A stretch of DNA of 64,000 nt, from positions 32,001 through 96,000 of the IMG/VR virus record IMGVR_UViG_3300029959_000004. One strand, given 5' to 3'. Source of the DNA: a virus. Shown piece by piece: positions 1 to 8,913 of the stretch (within the stretch, counting starts at the first letter, position 1; every line of letters starts with the position of its first letter). Made by a program: the position numbers and the translations under genes. The notes below the pieces were generated by a model, which saw nothing but the letters and a program-made list of their open reading frames with translations, made no database searches and was not told where the DNA came from.

Positions 1-249
1 AGATGTTTTACCAAAACCAGGAGAACCTGAAATTAGAGTATGAGGAAAGATAACATCTCTCTTCTGAGTTCCTTCTATATATCCTTTAATTATATTTTTA
101 GCTTTGTTTTGTCCTATATAGTCATCAAATGTTTCCGGTCTATATATAGACTTTGATGGCAGAATAATTCTAGTCTTGTCCTTTTGAGAAGTAGAAGAAG
201 TGCAGACTCCTTCTACATAAGGATTTAACAACCAGTTTAGAAATGACAT
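1..249 (-). CDS. ruvB: RuvB-like AAA+ ATPase, N-terminal part (runs off window start)
   Basis: Own translation from ATG at 249 (SD AGGAG): ...YRPETFDDYIGQNKAKNIIKGYIEGTQKRDVIFPHTLISGSPGFGKTS. This matches the RuvB RPxxxDxYIGQ motif and Walker A. Confidence 0.75.
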   Translation of the reverse strand, partial: MSFLNWLLNPYVEGVCTSSTSQKDKTRIILPSKSIYRPETFDDYIGQNKAKNIIKGYIEGTQKRDVIFPHTLISGSPGFGKTS

Positions 250-487
250 AGTTCTCCTAAGTAGCAGTCTTATCAAGATGTTATGTTAAAAAGAGCAGAA
301 ACACTATCAAAATACGTCAAACCAAGACTTTCCAGACACTTAAAATTTAGTTAATACATATATACTAAAGACTTGAAAAAAGCAGAAATAAGCTATTTTA
401 CAAGAGCCAAAACGCAAAAAACAAGCATTTTTTAGACTTCTGTCAATCTTAAGAATATCTCTCATTTGTTTTATTACCTCTTTCTAA

Positions 488-862
488 TTAAAAATAATTA
501 GAGTAGTCGTATGCTTCTGGGTTAAAATCTATTTTATTATTAGGTAGCCCGTGATCTACTGCACCTACACCATAGATTACAAGCCTCGCTTCGTACCAGT
601 CACTTTCTGGAGTTCCTTGTCTTCCGTCTTTCATTCTTTGTTGGTATATTTCATGTGCAATGCATTTTTGTTTATTGTATAATTCACTTACTCTTTGAAT
701 TTCTTTAGCGTTTTGTTTATTCTTGTTCTCTTCCCTTTTGTTTTCTTGTTCCCTTTCATAATCTCTATAATGTTGCACCGAACAAAAATATCCATTGTAA
801 TCATGATACGCACCAAAATTAAAAATACCTAATTCCTTGCCACAAAATACACAATCTGACAT
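488..862 (-). CDS. hypothetical protein with N-terminal Zn finger (CxxC...CxxxH)
   Basis: ORF track; SD AAGGAG upstream. Confidence 0.6.
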   Translation of the reverse strand: MSDCVFCGKELGIFNFGAYHDYNGYFCSVQHYRDYEREQENKREENKNKQNAKEIQRVSELYNKQKCIAHEIYQQRMKDGRQGTPESDWYEARLVIYGVGAVDHGLPNNKIDFNPEAYDYSNYF

Positions 863-886
863 ATCAACTCCTTTATTGAGTGTGAT

Positions 887-1009
887 TTAATCTTCCTGTT
901 CTTCGTAATCAGGGCAACCTTCACAAGTACCACCTGCTAAAAGTTGATAATTAAGAACGCAATAATCTTGGCAATCTGTTCTTGTTTTCCACCTACATTG
1001 TCCTTTCAT
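887..1009 (-). CDS. small Cys-rich protein (40 aa)
   Basis: Own translation MKGQCRWKTRTDCQDYC...CEGCPDYEEQED; SD GGAGG. Confidence 0.45.
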   Translation of the reverse strand: MKGQCRWKTRTDCQDYCVLNYQLLAGGTCEGCPDYEEQED

Positions 1010-1132
1010 TCCCCTCCCCCCTTATTTGGCTGTGGGCGATTGCTTTATCATAAGGCTCATACTTTTTACTACCTATTGTTTTACAACACTTTTTATAAAT
1101 TAACTCCTCTAAAATATCTGTCAATGATTTGG

Positions 1133-1306
1133 TCATTTTAGCTCCTTATTTGATTTTTCAAATAATTTATCAATTTCTTGAATAGTTTTATCCCTAATTC
1201 CAAAATAATCTATTGCATATTCTGAATGACACTTTTGTACAAAACAATCTAAAATACCTTGTAAAACTATTGTTTTCTTAATAAACTTTACTATATCGTT
1301 ACTCAT
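1133..1306 (-). CDS. small hypothetical protein (57 aa)
   Basis: Own translation MSNDIVKFIKKTIVLQG...; SD AAGGAG; directly downstream of a consensus promoter. Confidence 0.55.
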   Translation of the reverse strand: MSNDIVKFIKKTIVLQGILDCFVQKCHSEYAIDYFGIRDKTIQEIDKLFEKSNKELK

Positions 1307-1320
1307 CTCTTCTCCTTTCT

Positions 1321-1349
1321 ATTATATCATATAAAAATATATTTGTCAA
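1321..1349 (-). promoter_or_regulatory. consensus sigma70 promoter with extended -10
   Basis: Minus strand TTGACA-17 nt-TATAAT, with TG at the extended -10 position. Confidence 0.8.
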
Positions 1350-1633
1350 GAAGTTTCTCTCATAAACTTAACTATTCCAAATTCTCTTACAATTCTTTTC
1401 TTTCTCTCAATCAATTCTATTTCATCAATCCAAAGACCTCTAGCAGATAAAAGAGATTTTTCAATATCTAAATGAACAAATTTTTCTATTCTTAGGGAAG
1501 AATATCTGTAAGCGTCTCCCACATATGTAACTTTTCCTATTTTCCCCGATAATAGTTTGCTATTACTAGAACAATAAGTATTATGTTGAGAAAATTTTAC
1601 TCTTACTATGTCTCCAATTTTAAATTTATACAT
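1346..1633 (-). CDS. KOW/SH3-like small protein with conserved C-terminal tag
   Basis: FKIGDIV N-terminus; ends IVREFGIVKFMRETS. Confidence 0.75.
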   Translation of the reverse strand: MYKFKIGDIVRVKFSQHNTYCSSNSKLLSGKIGKVTYVGDAYRYSSLRIEKFVHLDIEKSLLSARGLWIDEIELIERKKRIVREFGIVKFMRETS

Positions 1634-1762
1634 TTTCTAGTTTTATATAAACTCTTTTTAATAATTCTTTAAAAAGTTCTCTTCCAATAGAATCTTTTCT
1701 TAATTTTGTTTCTGTCTCTTTCCATACGTCTAACACTGCTTTTGCGTTGTCTTTAGACATTC

Positions 1763-2005
1763 TTACTCCTTCTTAGTTGTATTTTTCATAAAAGCAACTA
1801 TTGGATATTCTTTTATTATCTTCTTATAAGGAGATACTAATATCCAATTATATTCACAAGTACATCCTTCATCTTTATCTTGTCCTATCTTGTATGTTTT
1901 TAATATATTTTTATCATATTTAATAAGAGTATATATAATATCGGGACACGCTCCGCTACAGAAATTTTTTACTCTTACTTTATCTCCCGCTTTAAATTTA
2001 TACAT
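1763..2005 (-). CDS. KOW/SH3-like small protein with C-terminal tag
   Basis: FKAGDKV; ends IIKEYPIVAFMKNTTKKE; paralog of 9979..10242. Confidence 0.75.
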   Translation of the reverse strand: MYKFKAGDKVRVKNFCSGACPDIIYTLIKYDKNILKTYKIGQDKDEGCTCEYNWILVSPYKKIIKEYPIVAFMKNTTKKE

Positions 2006-2261
2006 AGTATTTTTTACAAAATTTAACTATTTCATAAGGTTGTGTTATCTTTTTATGTTCTTTTATCAACACACATTCATCTACGTACATAAATGTCAAC
2101 ATATATTCGTTAGTAGGATTTTTATATATTGTTTTTGCTCTTTTTATACTATCTGCCCAAAATCCCCATATTTTATTCCTATCTATTTTAACTATAATAC
2201 AGTAAGATTTAGAAGGATATTTATAAGTAATCAAATCACCAATCTTAAATTCACAATTCAT
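1998..2261 (-). CDS. KOW/SH3-like small protein with C-terminal tag
   Basis: FKIGDLI; ends ITQPYEIVKFCKKYYV; paralog of 3016..3306. Confidence 0.75.
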   Translation of the reverse strand: MNCEFKIGDLITYKYPSKSYCIIVKIDRNKIWGFWADSIKRAKTIYKNPTNEYMLTFMYVDECVLIKEHKKITQPYEIVKFCKKYYV

Positions 2262-3001
2262 TAACGACTTCTCCTTCTAGAAGAATAAGCTATATTGTTT
2301 CTAGTTTGAATTCTATTTTCTTCGTATTTAAAATATTCAGCGTATTTCTTTAGTTTTCTATCTTCCAACCCAGGTGCACAGTTAATTTCTAATACGTAAA
2401 GTTTATTGTCTTTACGAATAATATCAACTGCTCCAAAATTTAAATTTAATGTTTTAACTGCTCTCTTAGCTAAATCTATTAAAGAGTGTTTATATTCTCT
2501 ATCATAAGATACCTGAATCCAGCCATTTCTTTTACTTCTTACTACTTTGTTAGCCGTCTCTACTTTAGGTATTTTTACACTAACTATTGTATCATAATCT
2601 CCGAGAATATGTACTCTATATTCACTTGTTTTATCTATATATTGAATTAGATAATCATAATCTCTATTTAATCTATTTAATTCCTCTTGATTTCTAACGA
2701 AAATCACATCTCTTCCTTGAGAATGAAATCTTTTTCTTGCCAATAAAGGGAACATATCATTTGGTATTCTTTCTCCTCTAAGAAAGGTTTTGGGAGTAGA
2801 GATTTCATTGTTTTGCATTATTTTAGACGCTTTATACTTATCAAATTCACAGTTTGCGTTTAAATTCGCTCCAGTAAATTTTCCTCCGTAATTAACTATA
2901 AACTCTCTAAAAGAAGGAATATTAATTTTACTTGTTCTACAATTTAATTCTATCGCTAATTTTTTAGCGGTTATTCCCCCTTTTCTTCTAAAAATAAACA
3001 T
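2261..3001 (-). CDS. RimK-like ATP-grasp ligase
   Basis: DKY...HSQGRDV...LIQYI...EYRVH...LNFGAVDII...YVLEINCAPG. Confidence 0.85.
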   Translation of the reverse strand: MFIFRRKGGITAKKLAIELNCRTSKINIPSFREFIVNYGGKFTGANLNANCEFDKYKASKIMQNNEISTPKTFLRGERIPNDMFPLLARKRFHSQGRDVIFVRNQEELNRLNRDYDYLIQYIDKTSEYRVHILGDYDTIVSVKIPKVETANKVVRSKRNGWIQVSYDREYKHSLIDLAKRAVKTLNLNFGAVDIIRKDNKLYVLEINCAPGLEDRKLKKYAEYFKYEENRIQTRNNIAYSSRRRSR

Positions 3002-3058
3002 ACATTCTCTCCTTTTTAATAATATTTCTTACAGAATTCTACTATACCAAATGGTTTA
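2995..3058. repeat. 64-bp perfect direct repeat, copy 1
   Basis: Identical to 6302..6365; covers tag codons, stop, SD and the next start codon. Confidence 0.95.
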
Positions 3059-3306
3059 ATTATTCTATTTACTAATTTAATTGTACTAAAAGGCATATAT
3101 CCATAAAAAGTTCTAAATTTTTTTTCATTATTATGTTTAAACATATATAAAGCTTCTTTTATTGTGTTTCCCCAATAACCGTACGCTTTGTTTTCTTCAA
3201 TTTCTTTAATTACACAGTATCCTTGCGTACAGTATCCTTGAAAAATATCATCATAAAGAGAAGTTCTTATCTTATAAAAGACAAAGTCACCAATCTTAAA
3301 TTTCAT
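3016..3306 (-). CDS. KOW/SH3-like small protein with C-terminal tag
   Basis: MKFKIGDFV; ends IIKPFGIVEFCKKYY. Confidence 0.75.
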   Translation of the reverse strand: MKFKIGDFVFYKIRTSLYDDIFQGYCTQGYCVIKEIEENKAYGYWGNTIKEALYMFKHNNEKKFRTFYGYMPFSTIKLVNRIIKPFGIVEFCKKYY

Positions 3307-3629
3307 TTATAGTATCTTCTACAAAATTTTACAATACCATATTCTTTGATTGTTTTCTTTATTTCTCTATTAACAATTACAAAACTACCATACCAAGCAC
3401 TAAAATCTCTAAAATCATCGCTTACAGAAGCAAGTAAAGGATTATTTAATCCATCTTCACCGCACATATGATGTCTTGCGGTAGTTTTTAATATTTTATG
3501 TACTTTATATAACTGATTGATTGTTCCATAGTTATCTGTATCATGATAATTAGGAGAAATCCAAGATTTTCTACTAACATATCTAACAATGTCTCCTATT
3601 TTTAAATCTTTTGGATGTACAAATCTCAT
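3303..3629 (-). CDS. KOW/SH3-like small protein with C-terminal tag
   Basis: LKIGDIV; ends TIKEYGIVKFCRRYYK. Confidence 0.75.
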   Translation of the reverse strand: MRFVHPKDLKIGDIVRYVSRKSWISPNYHDTDNYGTINQLYKVHKILKTTARHHMCGEDGLNNPLLASVSDDFRDFSAWYGSFVIVNREIKKTIKEYGIVKFCRRYYK

Positions 3630-3630
3630 A

Positions 3631-4635
3631 TTATTTTTGTGGTAGAGAACCGCTTTCCATATAAGCTTTGTTGCAATCTTTACATATCATTGTTCCTCCC
3701 TCTAGAGAAATTTCTATCATTTCTTTAGTTGGAAAGAACTCTCCACAACTTTCACAACACTGTTCAGATTCTATATCTTCTTCGTTATTTTCTACTAATT
3801 TAATTTCTCCCTTTTTCACAGCTTTTCTACATTTTTTACATAAGTTGAAAGAAATAAAATCTCCTTTTGTTTCAGTTTCAATATCTACCGTCATTACATA
3901 TTTCATCTCATTACATCCTTCACATAAACCTTCAAAAACTACAGATTTGCCTTTGTTATCTACTTTATCTCTCACGGAGCTGTTTGTATTATCATTATAG
4001 TTTTCTTCTCTTTCATAATTATGAAAACCCAACAAACCGGCTCCTCTTTCAAAATAAGAACAAGATTTATAACCACTGTTTGAATAAAATATATTACTTT
4101 CTGTTTCCCAAGCACCAAACTTCTGAATTTCTCCATTGTTGTGCATAATAGCTAACTTATCTCCTTCAATAAATACGTTAATTAGTTTAATTACCGCTTC
4201 ACTGTGAAGATTATTTTTTATTGATTCGTCAGATAAAATATCTAATATAAACTTTTGTGTATCTGAGAATTTTTCGTGATGACCGTAGTTAGTAATTACT
4301 CCATTGTGAGCTACTGCAACTTGACAGATTAACTCCGGTTTTCTTAACAGTTCAGTATTCTTAGTTATAGGAAACGGATGCCTATTTCCTATATCTTTTA
4401 GACCGTGAGTAGCGAATCTAAAATGAATTACTAAAGCGTCTTCTTTAGAGAGATTATCTTTACACCAAGCGATCATATGTTTTGCATTAGTAAAGTCCTT
4501 CTTAATACAAACTTCATTAGAATTTACTTTCCAGTACATAATACCTATTCCGTCACTATTTCTAGTTTCTGCGTATAATAAATAAGCTTCTTTAGGAAAA
4601 TCTACTCCCTTCTCTTTAACAGCAATTAAGCACAT
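3631..4635 (-). CDS. class II (Ntn) glutamine amidotransferase with C-terminal Zn ribbons
   Basis: N-terminal MC; DGIG; HFRFATHG; NRHPF; AHNGVI; SDT; four CxxC pairs at the C-terminus. Confidence 0.85.
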   Translation of the reverse strand: MCLIAVKEKGVDFPKEAYLLYAETRNSDGIGIMYWKVNSNEVCIKKDFTNAKHMIAWCKDNLSKEDALVIHFRFATHGLKDIGNRHPFPITKNTELLRKPELICQVAVAHNGVITNYGHHEKFSDTQKFILDILSDESIKNNLHSEAVIKLINVFIEGDKLAIMHNNGEIQKFGAWETESNIFYSNSGYKSCSYFERGAGLLGFHNYEREENYNDNTNSSVRDKVDNKGKSVVFEGLCEGCNEMKYVMTVDIETETKGDFISFNLCKKCRKAVKKGEIKLVENNEEDIESEQCCESCGEFFPTKEMIEISLEGGTMICKDCNKAYMESGSLPQK

Positions 4636-6308
4636 AATTTTTCTCCTTTCAGATGTTTTAACATTGTTCCATATTTTTCCTGGTCTTTAGCCCAATCTAT
4701 AAACAACTTCCAACTATTTTTTCTATATTCTCTTTCTCCTATTACTAGAGACGTAACTCCAACAACTTTTACAAAATAACTTAGAGCTTCCATAAATTGT
4801 AATATAGCAGTTATTCTTTTTGGATTTAATGTTCCTCTAAACATTCTTATTTCTACAGTATTAGTAGAACTATTCAAATTTAAAGCCCAATATCGACCAC
4901 TTTGAGAGCTATCGTTTAATATATCCTTTGTGTTAATTGTCTCAAATTTACAATAGTTTTCCCCAACTCCCTTTCTTCTAGACAATTCTTTAAGTTTATC
5001 TTCATTTTCTTTAAAGAATAATCTCATTTTGGTAATTTCTAAATCTTCAAAGAAATCTCTTGAGAGATGTATATGTAATCCACATTTACCACTCTCTTCT
5101 GAGGTAAATTCTTGTTCTTTCATCCATCTTAATATCTTGTTTAATTTCATTTCTCTGTGTGCATAAGATAGAGTAAACGGATGAGTAACTATCTCAAAAC
5201 CATTTGGAACGCTTCCATCGTGCTTGAGATAGTAATGTTTTTCTACTTTTTCTTTTTTAAGAAAAGAAATTAATTTTGAAGAAGCTTCTTTTTCTGAAGA
5301 ATCTCTTTGTACCTCTAATTCTAATCCCATAAATAAAGAGGCTTTCTGATCTTCTGAATTTTCCTTCTCCCATTTTAATTTTTTAAATTCTGGAGAGGGT
5401 TTATATGAATAATCGTGAATCAATCTTTCTTCTGCGGTAGAACCCTCTTCAGAATAACAATCTTCACAAAAAAGAAATCCATCACTTTCTCTAGTTCTCA
5501 TATCATCAACACGAAAAGTATCTCCACAGGCGTTGCATACAGAAAATCTTTCACTAAAACAATCACTACAATAAACGTTATCATCCGTTCCCGTGAATAT
5601 TTCACCTGAATGACAATCTAATTCACAATCACAAGAATAACAAGTAGCGAAATTTTCAGAGTAACAATCATCGCAATAACGATCTCCTTCTTCCGAAGTA
5701 AGCAAATCATCAATATAAAAATTTCCCTCACAACACGAACAAGAACCAACTTGTTGATTATAACATTCTTCACACCAAATTTTACCATCAAACTCGTGAG
5801 AACATTCTTCTTTCTCAATATTTTTTTTACACGATGAACATTTTACAATTTCCTTTGTTTTGAGTTTTCTCATGTTTTTCTCCTTTTCAAAAATTATATG
5901 AGCTTCTGTATTGTCTAAATTTATTAACCAAGAATATCTCCACTTGCCCGGTCTTTCTTTAATTCCAGTACCACCGTTAAGAGTATTGTTCCATAAACAG
6001 ATATATTTATTTTCATTTCTAGTAAAAATTTCTCCCACTTTTCCATAAATATATTTTTTATTCGCAATAGTTTCTGTGTCGTTCGCATTAGTTGCAATTA
6101 AATCACCAACGTTTATTTTATTAGAAATCTCATTTATATAGTATTTATTTACCTTCTCAATACCGCACTCATATAATTCTATTTCTAAATCATTTTTAAG
6201 AATACTTGTCAAGTACTTTGTTTCTCCTTCTGTTACTTCAGTTTTTGACAGTATTTTTATCAAAGTACTTTCGTTTTTTATTCTTGCTATTTCTCCCAAT
6301 TTAAACAT
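4626..6308 (-). CDS. putative amidoligase (COOH-NH2 ligase, glutamine-synthetase-like) with four tandem double-CxxC repeats
   Basis: GLELEV, HDGSV, GFEIVTHP, CGLHIHLSR, RYWALN, TVEIRMFRGTLN. Confidence 0.85.
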   Translation of the reverse strand: MFKLGEIARIKNESTLIKILSKTEVTEGETKYLTSILKNDLEIELYECGIEKVNKYYINEISNKINVGDLIATNANDTETIANKKYIYGKVGEIFTRNENKYICLWNNTLNGGTGIKERPGKWRYSWLINLDNTEAHIIFEKEKNMRKLKTKEIVKCSSCKKNIEKEECSHEFDGKIWCEECYNQQVGSCSCCEGNFYIDDLLTSEEGDRYCDDCYSENFATCYSCDCELDCHSGEIFTGTDDNVYCSDCFSERFSVCNACGDTFRVDDMRTRESDGFLFCEDCYSEEGSTAEERLIHDYSYKPSPEFKKLKWEKENSEDQKASLFMGLELEVQRDSSEKEASSKLISFLKKEKVEKHYYLKHDGSVPNGFEIVTHPFTLSYAHREMKLNKILRWMKEQEFTSEESGKCGLHIHLSRDFFEDLEITKMRLFFKENEDKLKELSRRKGVGENYCKFETINTKDILNDSSQSGRYWALNLNSSTNTVEIRMFRGTLNPKRITAILQFMEALSYFVKVVGVTSLVIGEREYRKNSWKLFIDWAKDQEKYGTMLKHLKGEKLCA

Positions 6309-6365
6309 ACATTCTCTCCTTTTTAATAATATTTCTTACAGAATTCTACTATACCAAATGGTTTA
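6302..6365. repeat. 64-bp perfect direct repeat, copy 2
   Basis: Identical to 2995..3058. Confidence 0.95.
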
Positions 6366-6583
6366 CTATATTTATTAATCATTTCTAAATCATCTATAGA
6401 AAAACCTGAACATCTCGTATTATCTCTGAAAAACCTTACCACTATAGAATTTTCTCTTTTATCCATATCTATGTCTTTATGAAGAGCTCCTAACATAAGT
6501 ACTTTTTCTCCCACGCAAGGTAAAGAACAGGGACGAGTACAAAACTTTCCTCTTGTTTTTATTCTAGCTTTGCTATTAATCAT
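6323..6583 (-). CDS. small protein with C-terminal tag
   Basis: Ends SKPFGIVEFCKKYY. Confidence 0.7.
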   Translation of the reverse strand: MINSKARIKTRGKFCTRPCSLPCVGEKVLMLGALHKDIDMDKRENSIVVRFFRDNTRCSGFSIDDLEMINKYSKPFGIVEFCKKYY

Positions 6584-6604
6584 TGTATTGTCTCCAAATT
6601 TAAC

Positions 6605-6665
6605 GAAGAGACCATAATATTCGGATAAGGGAGATATAAGAACCGTAATATTAGAGGGTCTCTTC
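6605..6665. other. intergenic long imperfect hairpin
   Basis: Nested pairs GAAGAGACC/GGTCTCTTC, TAATATT/AATATTA, CGG/CCG. Confidence 0.65.
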
Positions 6666-6669
6666 CTAG

Positions 6670-6927
6670 TTATTTCTTTTCAATAGAACGCATAAATCTA
6701 ACTATACCATATTCTCTTATTATTTTCTTTGTAGAAAGAATAAAAGAATCTTCATACCAACTCCAATTATTCTCCAAAACATTGTAAACTTTTTTTCCGG
6801 GAGCAGTTGGAAAGTTGAATATTTTAGATATGGTAAATGTTTTGCCTATAAATGCGTTCATAATTTTATTCCAATCAAATTTACCTTCTTTTATTATTTT
6901 TATCTTATCTCCAATTTTATATTTCAT
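6670..6927 (-). CDS. KOW/SH3-like small protein with C-terminal tag
   Basis: YKIGDKI; ends IIREYGIVRFMRSIEKK. Confidence 0.75.
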   Translation of the reverse strand: MKYKIGDKIKIIKEGKFDWNKIMNAFIGKTFTISKIFNFPTAPGKKVYNVLENNWSWYEDSFILSTKKIIREYGIVRFMRSIEKK

Positions 6928-7176
6928 TTATTTATAGTTCTTCTTGCACCATTTTGCAATATTATATTCTTTATTTTTTCGTGTATTTACAAGTTTAAAT
7001 CTCCAATCGAAATAATCTTCTATTTGAAGTCTGTCAGAAATAACTTGATAAAATAGAGTATTTCCGCTCATATAACTATTTAAAATAGTATATTCTTTAT
7101 TTATAGTTAACTCACCAATATTAAGCCCACGATTTGAAACACAAATAACCTTAGTGTTTATTTTAAATATTTGCAT
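6928..7176 (-). CDS. SH3-like small protein with C-terminal tag
   Basis: ELTINKEY motif shared with 9754..9972; ends NKEYNIAKWCKKNYK. Confidence 0.7.
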   Translation of the reverse strand: MQIFKINTKVICVSNRGLNIGELTINKEYTILNSYMSGNTLFYQVISDRLQIEDYFDWRFKLVNTRKNKEYNIAKWCKKNYK

Positions 7177-7825
7177 ATTTTAAACTCTTCGCTTTAGAAA
7201 CAAATTTCAATACCCAAAATATATACATTTTCATAGTTTCATAATTTAAAGTTCCATTAAACAATCTAAATTCAAGAGTTTTATAGCTGGAGTTTCTAAT
7301 ACAATCAATATTAAGAGCGTAATATTTTCTATCTTCTCTCCAGAAATCATCTTTGCAATACTTTCTAAACTCTGAAATATTATTTATCGTTAAGTTTTTA
7401 AGATGTTCAGGTAAAGGATGACAATATGAACACAATCTATTCCGTTGTACTTTAAATTTTGTTATAATAGCTTTTTGATTAACTAAAAATCTTTTAATTA
7501 CATTCGTTATTTCTTCGTCTGAAAAGTTTGATATATTAACGTGAATATGTAACCCACAAGTACTATTAATATATCCTTCGTTTGTTTTTATCATTTCTAA
7601 TAATTTTTTGATTTCTAATAACGATTTTTTGTTGTAAAAAAGATAATTTTTATATGAAGGTTTATATTCAAGTCCGTTGTCTAGCGAACCATCTTCTGTT
7701 ATTTCCCATCCTTCTAAGTAATGTTCTCTATTCCAACGTTTATTATTTATTATATCATAAGTATCAATATCGTCAGGATATTCAACCTCTATTTCTGGAC
7801 TAAATCTAATCTGTGTTATTCTCAT
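7163..7825 (-). CDS. second putative amidoligase (COOH-NH2 ligase)
   Basis: PEIEVE, EDGSL, GLEY, CGLHIHVN, KYYALN, TLEFRLFNGTLN. Confidence 0.85.
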   Translation of the reverse strand: MRITQIRFSPEIEVEYPDDIDTYDIINNKRWNREHYLEGWEITEDGSLDNGLEYKPSYKNYLFYNKKSLLEIKKLLEMIKTNEGYINSTCGLHIHVNISNFSDEEITNVIKRFLVNQKAIITKFKVQRNRLCSYCHPLPEHLKNLTINNISEFRKYCKDDFWREDRKYYALNIDCIRNSSYKTLEFRLFNGTLNYETMKMYIFWVLKFVSKAKSLKYANI

Positions 7826-7835
7826 TTCTCTCTCC

Positions 7836-8102
7836 TTATTTTTTATTTATATTATTCATAAAATTCACGATTCCATATGGTTTAATATTTCTTTTAACTA
7901 ATTCTAGATGATGTTCCCAAACACCGTACCTATTTTGTGAGTCCCAATAAATATATGGAGAACAGTTTCTTGTTATGTAAGCTATCTTAAATTTTTTGTT
8001 TAATACCCAACCCGCTCCTCCATAAGAACAGTCATCATCAGATCCTTTAGATGTTAATACACATTTTACTTTATCTCCAATCTTAAATTTGGGGTTATTC
8101 AT
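7836..8102 (-). CDS. KOW/SH3-like small protein with C-terminal tag
   Basis: FKIGDKV; ends IKPYGIVNFMNNINKK. Confidence 0.75.
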   Translation of the reverse strand: MNNPKFKIGDKVKCVLTSKGSDDDCSYGGAGWVLNKKFKIAYITRNCSPYIYWDSQNRYGVWEHHLELVKRNIKPYGIVNFMNNINKK

Positions 8103-8349
8103 AAAATTTCTTACAGAAATTAACTATATTATATGGTTTAATTGTCTTCTTTTTTACTAATACAAAACTATCTTCATTAATCCAATCTTCAAAATCTGGA
8201 TTATCTAAATCTCTAGTTTTTACAGCATCAAAATTATTATATTTTCTTCGTCCTATCTCTGTTATTACAGTTTTTCTCCCTATATTTTCTAGAGAAACAC
8301 CTCTACCACTTCTTATAACTTTTACTATGTCTCCAACTTTAAATTTCAC
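8095..8349 (-). CDS. KOW/SH3-like small protein with C-terminal tag
   Basis: FKVGDIV; ends IKPYNIVNFCKKFYE. Confidence 0.75.
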   Translation of the reverse strand: MKFKVGDIVKVIRSGRGVSLENIGRKTVITEIGRRKYNNFDAVKTRDLDNPDFEDWINEDSFVLVKKKTIKPYNIVNFCKKFYE

Positions 8350-8375
8350 TTAAACTTCTCCTAATCTTAATATAT

Positions 8376-8501
8376 AATCTGACTAAAAAGGTGACTAACT
8401 ACCAATTTTTAGTTCTTATCGTGCTTTATATCAACTGATGTTGATAAAGGCGAGCAGAACCTTTTTAGTTTCGTTAGATTTTCACTAACTCTTCAGAGAT
8501 T
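8376..8501 (-). ncRNA. hammerhead ribozyme, type I, with large insertion in stem III
   Basis: AAUCU-CUGAAGA-GUUAG(ugaaaau)CUAAC-GAAA-CUAAAAAGGU...ACCUUUUUAG-UC^-AGAUU; predicted cut between 8381 and 8380. Confidence 0.85.
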
Positions 8502-8873
8502 TTACGCTTTTACCAAGCGTTCCGAAGTCCATTCAGAATCAATTAATGACATTTCATCATCTGTGATAGATTGAGTATCCTCTACAGGATGAAATCCATT
8601 AGTTACTTCTCCTATTGAAACATCAAGAAGAGCAACTAATTTTCCTGAACGAATTAGCTGATATTTTCTATCATCAGAATCTTTTAAGACGTCTCCCGCT
8701 TTGAAAGTAACAATCTCCGGTACTAACTCAAATCTTGAAGCTTTAAAAGACACCTCTCTTCCAGCTTCGTTAATAATAACGAAGTTGCCATTTTCCTTCT
8801 GACGAATTACGTCATAAGTCTTACCAATCGCTAAATCTCTTGTTCCAGTTACATAAATAACTTTAACTTTCAT
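8502..8873 (-). CDS. tandem SH3/KOW-like domain protein (no tag)
   Basis: LAIGKTYDVI...SRFELV followed by FKAGDVL. Confidence 0.65.
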   Translation of the reverse strand: MKVKVIYVTGTRDLAIGKTYDVIRQKENGNFVIINEAGREVSFKASRFELVPEIVTFKAGDVLKDSDDRKYQLIRSGKLVALLDVSIGEVTNGFHPVEDTQSITDDEMSLIDSEWTSERLVKA

Positions 8874-8913
8874 TTCTTCCTCCTCTTTTGTTACTGGTTA
8901 ATAATAAATCATC

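Noticed and set aside
6584-6669. Pistol or twister ribozyme (CGUUAAAU after a stem; GAGGG on the plus strand)
   Set aside because: The required pseudoknot partners and remaining conserved core are absent; kept only as a hairpin.
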